NCBI GenBank assembly: GCA_050084985.1
Contig: JBITNC010000001.1
Coordinates: forward strand, 86,118,001 to 86,182,000
Length of the DNA: 64,000 nucleotides
Source: Nageia nagi
Taxonomy: Eukaryota; Plantae; Pinophyta
Direction of reading: 5' to 3'
Shown: positions 53,632 through 64,000 of the stretch, in pieces
Numbering within the stretch: position 1 is the first letter of the stretch
How the letters are laid out: the number at the start of each line of letters is the position of its first letter
Position numbers and translations under genes: made by a program
Notes under the pieces: generated by a model
Database searches by the model: none
What the model saw: only the letters and a program-made list of their open reading frames with translations
What the model was told of the DNA's origin: nothing

Positions 53632-54839
53632 TTTTTTCCCTCTTTGGATATGTAATGAAAAGTATAAAAATTGTGTAATCCGAAGAAACACAAAGAAGTG
53701 TGAAAATTTTTCAATAGTAAAGAGCACTTTCTTGAAATATTTCTATACTTAGATATGATATTTCAGTTGGAGGATTGAGGATTCCTTTGGTTCTATTATC
53801 CAATTTTGGTGAAGATGATCTATGGAACACGAAATATAAAACCCTCATAGATTACATCTTTAGAAAGAATAAAAATGTAATAGAAAATAAAGATTTGTTT
53901 ACTCCCAAAATGGAATTTTAATTTAATTAAACTACACCTTTTAGGTATTTGAAGTGATTTATTTATTTAAGTGACTTAATACTCTTTTTATTATGTGCAC
54001 TCACTACCTTTATGTTTTATGATAAGAGGTCAGCCCAAAGATAAGCTCAAGAAGAAGCCTTGGAACTTGTGTACCATAAGCCCAAGGAGGAGCCTTAGCA
54101 CTAGACCTGCTATCTATAAAGGTGAAAGGGTTGTGCATGATAAATTATGATATGATCTAGAATCCTTGATAGGTGGTAACATACTTGATCCCATTGATTA
54201 GTATTTCTCAAAGGCACATATCATATCTAGATTTTATCATACTCTAAATACTACATTCCTACGATATTTTATTTTATTATGCATAATAATCCTAACTTTT
54301 AGGAGGATTCCTTGGTGACAACCAAGGTTTTGAGGCTTTCTAAAAAGGACAAAGCAATGATGCTTCACATTGGGTAGCGACATGCCATGGACATTGGGTT
54401 GGTGGTCCCATTTCATGGGAAAGGTTAATCATCAATCTCTTTGGATTAGTTATTTTCATAACCTTTGTAATAGGTAAGATAATAAGTTTATATATCTACT
54501 TTATTTAGTTTTGATAAGTTAAGTTTAATTAAATATCTTTGATCATTATCATCTTTCATATTGGATTACTTTATTCAATAATAGGACTATGATATTTATG
54601 AATTCCACTATTATTGGTTATAATTCAATATAATTAAATAACCATAATAAATTATTATATCAGTTATAACAATTAGTGAACCTAATTTTCTTTTGATACA
54701 TCATTTTTCCTTCACTAGTTATACAAAAAACCCTAGTGTTTTTGATAGAACTGATATTGTATTTCAAGTATTTCAAATATGGAACTATTGAATTTTTTTC
54801 CATGGTTAATAACTTTGATGATGCAATTAAGGCTAATTT

Positions 54840-57800
54840 ATGGAAGATGATTTATGGTGATGATGATAGAAGTGATGGATATAATGTTGGTAGAAATAAT
54901 AGGTCAATTAGATTTCATGCTATTAGATCTAGGCATTCAAATCCCTTGTGTGATTTGATCTCTAGTTAGAGGCCATTTTTGAGATATATTAAGGAGAAGA
55001 AGATCCCATGGTACATATCAAGGATTTTGAGATGAAATTTGGAGTGAATGAGAATTTGATGGAAAACTATTTTCCCACTACATTAAGAGGTGATTCCTCA
55101 CTTGGTACCTTTCTTTTCCCTCTAAATCAATCAATTGTAATGGACAACTTATATATGAATTCTATATGCATTTCAAGTATAGTTCTCCTAGTAAAATTAT
55201 AATCCTTAATTTATAGTTAATACTAGAAAATGATCAAATGAGATATTTGATAAGTTTGTATAAATATTTCAAATTTTTTGGAGCATTATACAAAATCCTT
55301 TATCAAAGTCACATGTTAAGGCTATGTTTATTTACAACATTCATCTTTAAGTGAAATTCATAACCTTGTATTATATGTCCCCTCCATTTACTAAGATTGT
55401 GCATTAATTAATTCAAAAGGAGAAATGTTTTGTTCAAACGTATAAAAGAGATAAGGAAGGAAGGTTATCAAAAAAAGGAAGAAAAATAAGTTCATACTAT
55501 TGAAAAACCTAAAGATAAGGAGCAATAAAAGATTCAAGCAAACTAAAAAATGAGAAATTCCAGACTATTACCTCTAGCTCCTTCGATAATGTTCAAAGAT
55601 TGCTTGTAGAAAGGTCTTATTGCTCTTGATTTGTAGAAAGAATTGGGGCATGATGATGAAAATTTAGCTAGTATAATGAGGAAGCCTTTTATCATTATAA
55701 TAAGTTAAAAGGGCATTTGACTCGTTCTTGCATGCTCTTGAGAAAAGCATTGAAGAAATTGCTCAATGATGGTAAGATCCAGTATGAGACATATATGGTT
55801 GAGACTAAGGATGTTGAGCCCTTGATATACAACACCATTTTCAATGAAGAGCAATACACTAATGCTCAACATGGGAGGACTAGAGAACACATTTACCCAG
55901 TGACAGTCAAAAGAATGAAGGTTCCTCATCAAAATACAAGTTCCTCACAATACCTTTTGTAATTTTTTGTAGCTCATAGAGACACATTATTTTATGTCTT
56001 AAAAAAATTTAAATAGATGTTGATATTGCTATTGCTACATTTGTTGAGCTAGTAAATAATCTCGAAATGGATCTTACTTGCAATATGCTTTATTTTCAAG
56101 ATAGTGAATTGGCTACTGAGGATGTTATTGAAAATAATTTAGGCTTGTATATTTGTGTAAATATTTATGGTATTATATTAAGAAAACAATAATAGATATA
56201 GGTTCAAATGTGAATGTTTATTCTATTTATTTATTGAAAAACTATTTTCCATCCATTTGTGAAAATATGAGAAGAAGTACTATTAGTATTAAAGGCTTCG
56301 ATAATATTGAAAAGGAATGCAGTGGTTATGTTTCTATGCCCATTGAAGTAGGAGGAAAATATATTATTAAAAAAGTTTATGTATTTTAATAAAAATTACC
56401 TTATAATTTATTGCTTGGTATACCTTGGATTCATAAGGTTAGGGTACTTACATATACCCTCCATAGGATGGTCAAATTCATGTATAAAGATAAAACAATT
56501 ATGATCCATGCAAAAGAATGCCACATATTTTTATCAATCAACTTAATAATTTTGGATATCATCTAATTTAATTGATGATGAAGAGGGAGTGATAAAATAT
56601 TCTCAATAGGTGGCTCCATAAGAGATTTGTATGGGGGCATATAAAATACTCAATTTTGATATTTGGTAGAGCTTAAAGGAGTTAGGATAACCCTTGTTTG
56701 TTCCTAAGTTTGAGTAATGATGCTTGGAGGTGGTTAATTCTAACCAACATTGCTTCATTCCTAAAGACCCTGAAGATTCCGTTCCTAATGTTAGCATCTT
56801 ATATCAAGAAAAAGAGAAAAAATTGTTGTCATTTCCTACACAAGATGGTTCCATTTCTGAACCTTCAGTAAGGTGCATTAAAAGGTCAAGTAGGTATGCA
56901 TTTCAATAGCATTGATTCTACTTATGCTACTAAATATTTACAAAAATATTAGTATGGTAGTATAGGATTAAGTAAGAATGAGCAAGGTATTGTTAAGCCT
57001 ATTTTGAATGAAGGCCATCATAAGATGAATTTTAGAATTAGATTTAAAAAATCTACGCCTAAAGTGGAGTATTCACAATCCATTATTAAGAATTTTGAGA
57101 AGAATGATAAAAGTGGTGTATGTTTCTTATTCGATGAGTGGATGCATTGCAACATGATGCATGGTCCCAATGAAGAGTCATAGGCATATTATGTTTTTCC
57201 ATTTTTTCTACCAAGTTCTTCAATTAAAGTGGATATTTTTAGAGTGATAATGATATCCTTGAGATGATGGGATCCAAGAGTGAGTTCCCCAAGTCCAATG
57301 AAAAGAGATTCATTACATGGATGTTACATCATCAGGCCTTTTTTGGAGAAGAAGTCTATCTAGATGATCAAGATATTACAAGTTTACTCATTCTTGTATG
57401 AATATTTATTTTTTACTTTTTCATAAAATTAAGAGTAGGTTTAGGTAGTTAGGGTATAGGGAGTTTATTTTTCATGTTTCTCTACATTGAATGGTGTCAC
57501 CCCATTTTTTGGATCCCTAATAATTGATTTTGGATGCAATACTAGGGACATTGCCTATGCCTCCCCAACTCAATTATGAAATATCTTATTTGAGTAAAGT
57601 AATAATGGATGTTAACATTAGTACCAAAGAGGCACCATAGTTAATCAAGGTAGGATCGTGGTTAAATTTGAAAGAAAGGGAAAGGTATTACCTATTGTTG
57701 ATTAAGCATTTTTATGGTTTTGCTTGGTCATTTTTTGATATGCCTAATTTGGATCCTAATTTCATGACTCATAGTTTAGTTGTGAATGATAATGCAAAAA

Positions 57801-60800
57801 ATATATAACAAAAATTAGAAAGATGCATCCCAAAGTGGTTTGGTAATTAAGAAAGAAATAGAAAAAGATCTTATTACTAGTTTTATTATTTGTATTGATT
57901 ATTCTCCTTGGATTTATAACATTGTTCCTACAACTAATTCTAATAGAGAGATAACATGTTCTATGAATTTTAGAGATATCAATAACGCATGCCCAAAATA
58001 TACCTTTTCTTTGCTTAACATTGATATGATTATAGATTCTATTGTAGGCCATGAGATTTTATCTTTCATGGATGGCTTCTTTGGCTATAATCAAATAAGA
58101 ATTAACAAGGAGGATCAACATAAGACAACTTTTGTTACTCCTTAAGGTACATTTTTTTGGGTGGTTATGCCTTTTGGATTGAAGAATGCAGGAGCTACTT
58201 ATCAAATAGCTATAGTAAGTATGTTCCATGATATGATTTATGATAGTGTTAAAGTTTATGTTGATGATATTATATTGCTAAATATAGAAAAATGATGATC
58301 ATATTTCTAATTTGAGAAAAAAATTTCAAAGAATGAGAGAGTGTAATTTTAAATTAAAATCTCAAAAATGTGCATTTGGAGTTTCTTTTGGTAAATTGCT
58401 TGGATTTCTTATTTCAAGAAGATGAATTGAGGTATATCCTAAGAAAATTATGGCCATTGTTGACATGCCTCCAACATGAAATCTAAAGGATTTAAAAAGT
58501 CTTCAATGTAAGGTTCAAGTGATAAGAATATTTATTGCACAAATAGCTAATATGATTACTCTATTTTTCTCATTTGCTAAAGAAGGATGAAAATTTTATA
58601 TGGGATGATAAGTGTTAATAAGATTTGGAAAATATTAAGAGGCATATTTTTAACACTCCCATTCTATCCCCTTATGATTTAGAAAGAAATTTATTACTTT
58701 ATGTTTTAGATACATAAAGTGCATTGGGGGCAATGCTTGCTCAAAAAGATGATGGAAAGAAAGAACTATTTATTACATCAACAAACTTTAATTGATTATG
58801 AAATGAGATATATACCCATTGAAAATATGTGTTTTAATATTATTTTTGCTGCAAAAAGCTTGAAAATTATATGCTTGGAAACACCACATATGTTATAACA
58901 AAGACTGATCCTATAAGATATTTAATATCTAAATCATATTTATTTACAAGGGATACAAAATGGATAATGTTGATTCAAGAATTTGATTTTGTGTTTGTCA
59001 CTCAAAAGTCCATTAAGGGATAGACTATAGAGAATTTTATCATAAACCATCCATGAAAAAAGAATTACATGGTCCAAGAATAATTTCTCAATGAGCTAGG
59101 AATGCAAAACTCATTTACCCTAAGTGACATCGCTTCACCCAAGCGATGATGCTTGATTCTTGAGCTTGATTTCATAAAGACATTTTTTGGATTTGTTGAT
59201 AATGAAGAATGGAAATTATTTTTTGATGTTTCAAAATGCATGAATGGGGTTAGGGTAGGAATGTTTTTGATTAATTCTCATGGTGATGTGATCCCTATGT
59301 TATATAGGTTGAGTTTTGATTATACTAATAATATGGTTGAATATGAAGCTTTGATTTTATGTTTAAAAGTAGCTATACTCTTGAACATGTAGTGGATAAA
59401 TATCTTTGGTGATTCTCAATTATTGGTAAAATAAATCAATGATATCAACAACATAAAAGATGCTACATTGCAGCCATATAAGGAAATGGTCATATATCTT
59501 CTCATGTATTTTCAATACTATCAGATTGAGAACATCCCAAGAGATAATAATAGGTATGCTAATGCTATGGCTAATGCTACTTCTCTAGCTCCTATTAATA
59601 TTGAACATGAACAAACTATACTTACAATTGAGAATTTGGGTAAACCTTATCATGAATATGCTGTTGTTAATTTTATTGAAGATCATTATTTTTCTACTAT
59701 TTGCATTAATATGTGTGAATGGTATAAAGATATATTTGAATATTTGAAAAATGGTGTAGTACCTGATGTTTTTGATCATGTAATGCAAGAATTAGAATTA
59801 AACATTTGGTATCCAAATATGTTATCATTAGTGATTTGTTATATATGTTCCCTTCTTATATGTTTGATGAGAAATGAAGTAGAAATGACTATTCATCAAG
59901 CCCATAATGTTGAGTGTGGGGTTCATTTAAGTGCTAATTTGATTTATCAATAATTTCATATGTTTGGTTATTATTGGCTTTCTATGCTTAAGTATTGTGA
60001 ATCGCATGTAAATAAATGTGAACAATATCAAAATAATGTTAAACTTCAACCTTAACCTTCATATAAATTACACTCCATTGTTTCTCCATAGTCATTCTCT
60101 ATTTGGACACTTAATTTCATTAGCAAAATTAATCCTATTTCTAGAGATGGTCATAAGTTTATTATAACTACCACTGAATACTTTATAAAATTGGGTGGAA
60201 GCTATTCCTATGAAATCCAAAAAAGGAGGTAAGATTTTTGATTTTCTTATTTAATACATTATTTCTAGACATGGTGTTCCCTCTAACTTGTTTATGGATA
60301 ATGGTCCTAATTTTAAAGAAAATGAAGTGAAAGAATTTTATGAAAAATATCATATTGAAAGAAAGTTTTCTTCTCCTTATTATTCTCAATGTAAAAATAA
60401 AGATGAAGCCTCTAATAAAACTATAAATAGTATTTTATATAAAATTGTTGCAAAATATGATAAATATTGGCATGAACAATTACCTTATGCTTTTTGGGCT
60501 TATAGAACAAGTATAAGGACTACTGTTAGGGAAACTCCTTACTTTTTAATGTATGAAGATGAAGCTATTATTCTCTTAGAATTATAAATTCCTTCTTTAA
60601 GAGTGTATTTGGTTGGGTTTATTCTAGATGAAGATAAAACAAAAGCAAAATTGGTAAAATTAGATGCTTTAGATGAAAAAGAGTGAATGCTTTAGAACAT
60701 TTGAGAATATATCAATCTAGAGTTAAACAAGCTTATAGAAAAAAGATTAAACCTAAAGAGTTTAAGGTTGGGGATTTGGTATTAAAAGAAAATTTTACCA

Positions 60801-60970
60801 ATAAAAAAGCTTTAGAAAATGAAAAGAAAGGTAAATTTGAACCAAATTGGATTGGTCCTTATTTTGTAATTGTAAATTATGGAAAAGGGGCATATAAGTT
60901 GTCCACCATTGAAGGGAAAGAATAAAGAAACCCAACAAACATTATGAATATGAGAAGATTATATGTTTGA
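54840..60970 (+). pseudogene. Tat gag-pol (PR-RT-RH-aRH-INT), heavily mutated
   Basis: ORF fragments 56153, 57840, 59153, 59468, 60288, 60683 in domain order. Confidence 0.88.
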
Positions 60971-61550
60971 GAAGATCTCATTCCTTTTTCAAAATATTCT
61001 TATTTTCATTGTATATGCTAACCATACTTGCAAGAAATTATAGGGAAGTGTCGATCGGTTCTACTCCATTTTGAGCGAAGATGCTCTATTCATAATATGA
61101 AAAAATATTCTATTTCGTAAAATTTTGATTTATCAAATGGGTAAGTGTAGGTGATGTTTCCTTATTCCTTAATTTTTCATTAATGATAAAATAATTTATA
61201 AAATTATAAATATAAAATTGATATTTGATACCTTGTAAGTCCTCTTAATAAGGGTAATATATTGATATATGTTTAAATTGATTATTTCTAATATATTTCA
61301 GATATTAATCTTGACCAATGCATGCAATTGGGTGGTTTATACCAAGGTTAGCTTGTGCATTTGATTTTGATATCTAGAAGTTATTCTTGATCAATGCATG
61401 TAATTGGGAAGTGTACACCAAGTTCAATTGGATTTTGTAGATTCATTCATAGTTGTATACCTTGATGAGAGTTTCATCACCCATCAAGTTTTTCTTTGTT
61501 GAGTATATATTCTTCAAAAAGCCATTGATATTATTAATAATGTTAATTGA

Positions 61551-61662
61551 AAATCCTTCATCCCTTATGATGAGGCACAAATCCCTCATCCATTATGATG
61601 AGGCACAAAGTCCTCATCCCTTATGGTGAGGCATAAATCCCTCATCCCTTATGGTGAGGCAC
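61551..61662. repeat. 28-bp tandem repeat x4 in Tat 3' UTR, hairpin-forming
   Basis: AAATCCCTCATCCCTTATG(A/G)TGAGGCAC units; GATGAGG pairs with CCTCATC. Confidence 0.9.
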
Positions 61663-62497
61663 TCTTTTGACATAATCTTGGTGCATAATCCACAAAGAAT
61701 ACATTTTATTTCTTGATGTTTAATGTCTATATTTGAGATATTATTTGGAGAAAATAATTGCTATTTTAAGTTGATTATAGATTTTTTTATCTTTGTCTTG
61801 GGTTGCTTCTATGATGAGAGGTTCATCATGTTGCAACCAAGCCTAAGATGGGAAAAAATATTGATGAAAATTGAGGCATACAAAGCTACCATCGTGAATA
61901 CATAATTTAGGGAGTAATTATCTTGCTTGATCTTGTTATACTTTGAATTATGCTTTGATTTCATTTTATCCCAAAAGTATCAAATCATATTCAAAGTGGG
62001 GCATATGTTTACACCTAAAAAGGAATTTTAATTTAATTAAAATACACCTTTTAAGTATTTGAAATGATTTAATCATCTTTTTATTGTACATCCTCACTAC
62101 CTTTATATTTTATGATAACTTGTCGATGCAAATATAATCTGAAGAAGGAGCTTGGAAACTTATGCACCATAAGACCAAGGGTAAGCCTTGAAACTAGACT
62201 TGTAATCTATTTAGGTGGAAGGGTTATGCATGAGAAATAATGACATGATATGGAATCCTTGATAGGTGGTAACATAGTTGGTCTGATTAATTTATGTTTC
62301 TCAATGCCACCTATAATATTTGGATTTTGTTATACTTTGAATACTACATTCCTATAATCTTTCATTTAATCATACATAATAATCTTAGCTTTAAAGAGGA
62401 GTCCTCAATGAAAACCATGGCTCTAAGCCTTTTTGGAAAGGATGCCAAGTGATTATGCTCCATGTTGAGTGATGATGCTCCACATCGGGTGATGATG

Positions 62498-62766
62498 TGT
62501 TAAGATCCTGGGTGTGTGGATTCACTAACAGGTCGACCTTTTGGTGTAACGGTTCATAACATTTGGTATCAGAGCAGGCCATACGTCCCAAGTTCGAATC
62601 CCCGGAAAGGGCTACTGTGGAAAGGGCTACCTAGAGAAGACTAGAGTGAGAGCCGCCACAAGTGAGAGCCACCGAGGACGTCGGATGCGGAGCGTGGTGG
62701 AATGTTAAGATCCTGGGTGTGTGGATTCACTAACAGGTCGACCTTTTGGTGTAACGGTTCATAACA
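62498..62766 (+). mobile_element. 269-bp TRIM/SMART-type miniature LTR retrotransposon
   Basis: Identical 64-bp LTRs (62498-62561, 62703-62766, TG..CA), PBS TGGTATCAGAGC (iMet, 62564-75), perfect TSD TGATG; absent from the host's 5' LTR. Confidence 0.97.
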
Positions 62767-63070
62767 TGATGCTCCATGGAGGTTGGATTGGTGGTTTCAT
62801 TTCATGGGAAAGGTTAGTCCTTGATCTCTTTGAGTTAGTTGTTTTCTCACATCATCGTAATAGGTAAGATAACAAGTTTGTATATACGCTTAATCCAAGT
62901 TTGATAGATTAAGATTAATTGAGCATCTTTTATCATTGCCATCTTTCATATTGGATTGCTTTAGTCAATAATATGATTGTGATATTTTTGAATTCTACTA
63001 TTATTAGTTATAATTCAATATAATTAAATAACCATAACAAATTATTATTTTGATTATAAAAAAATTAATA

Positions 63071-63515
63071 TAATATGCTGAATTGAACCATTGCCATTAT
63101 GGTTGTTGATTTATTTGGAATTTATTTCAAGGAAAATGGTATTGAGAGTTCTCGAAAGCATATTAAGGCATGTGAGTACTCATCAAAAGTCTCTTCAATA
63201 TATTAATAATCATATTTAACACTTGATATTTTGATCAATTTTAATTTGGTGAATTATACAAGTTTGTTAGCTTAATATTTATTTAAGGGATTAAGATAAT
63301 ATGTTGAATTGAACCATTGCCATTATGGTTGTTGATTTATTTGGAATTTATTTCAAGGAAAATGCAATTGAGAGTTCTCGAAAGCATATTAAGGCATGTG
63401 AGTACTCATCAAAAATATCTTCAATATATTTATAATCATATTTAACACTTGATATTTTGATTAATTTTAATTTGGTAGATTCTACAAGTTTGTTAGCATA
63501 TCATTTATTTAAGGT
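63071..63515. repeat. ~226-bp tandem duplication (2 copies, high identity)
   Basis: TAATATGYTGAATTGAACCATTGCCATTATGG at 63071 and 63297. Confidence 0.9.
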
Positions 63516-64000
63516 TAAACATTAGTTCTATAGTCACTAGCTCCTCCATCCTTAAAAAAATTCAATCAATATCAAAGCATTGAGACCTTCATCCTCTAAA
63601 CTCTTAATTGGTATCAAGTCCATTTATTATATTACATTAAAATGTAATAAAAGAATGAAAACAAAAAATAATTATAGATTATTGTATCTATTGGTGGATA
63701 CTTCAAGTATTGGAGTATTTATATGAGAAATTTTTTCATCTCTCAAGTCTTATGGAGTTTTATTTCACAAGGTTATGCATTGTACTACCCAAAAAGTAAC
63801 TCTGTTAGCAAATAAAATAAATAATATTAAGACAAATATTTATTTTATTACTGTTGGATAGATATCCCTTTTATAGTTACAAATCTCTAGATTTGTTGTG
63901 CCTTACCATAAGGGCTTTTACAAAATGGTTTTTGGGCCGTTATGGCCTCTAATAGAATCACCAATGTCCTAGCATAGTTGTTTGATGATTGGTATTGGTT

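Larger units (their letters stand above)
53896..63061 (+). mobile_element. Full-length degenerate Ty3/gypsy Tat (Ogre/Retand-type) retrotransposon
   Basis: LTRs 53896-54671 and 62006-63061; TSD AGATT/AAATT; PPT AAAGTGGGGCATA; PR (IIDIGSNVNV), RT (LSFMDGFFGYNQI, MPFGLKNAGATYQ), aRH (TNNMVEYEALI), INT (DNGPNF, WAYRTS, FEPNWIGPY). Confidence 0.93.

Overview
Eukaryotic, TE-dense land-plant DNA. The large introns and the Tat/Ogre and copia content suggest a gymnosperm (inference). The only host gene is a cytosolic fructose-1,6-bisphosphatase on the minus strand: exons 1-6 lie at 30781-26051, and exon 7 onward was not found in the remaining 26 kb. Right of the gene is a nested retrotransposon stack. 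A minus-strand Tat/Ogre-type gypsy (33726-51093, TSD CCTTT) has a full Ty1/copia (37049-45362) inserted in its archaeal RNase H. A plus-strand Tat/Ogre gypsy (53896-63061) sits in the 3' region of an older element, and its 3' LTR hosts a 269-bp TRIM with identical 64-bp LTRs. Left of the gene is the most unusual part: two divergent, very long LTR-like units (1962-11152 and 16642-22359) that carry homologous ~1,100-codon-type accessory genes with no gag or pol motifs. Each has a family-specific array of inverted GGCGC-core repeats upstream and a conserved, stem-covarying hairpin (GGATGAGGWTTTGCTCC) after the stop codon. LINE fragments, a hAT MITE, a SINE and an antisense tRNA-Arg copy at an apparent primer-binding site are also present. 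All coordinates and alignments were done by eye.
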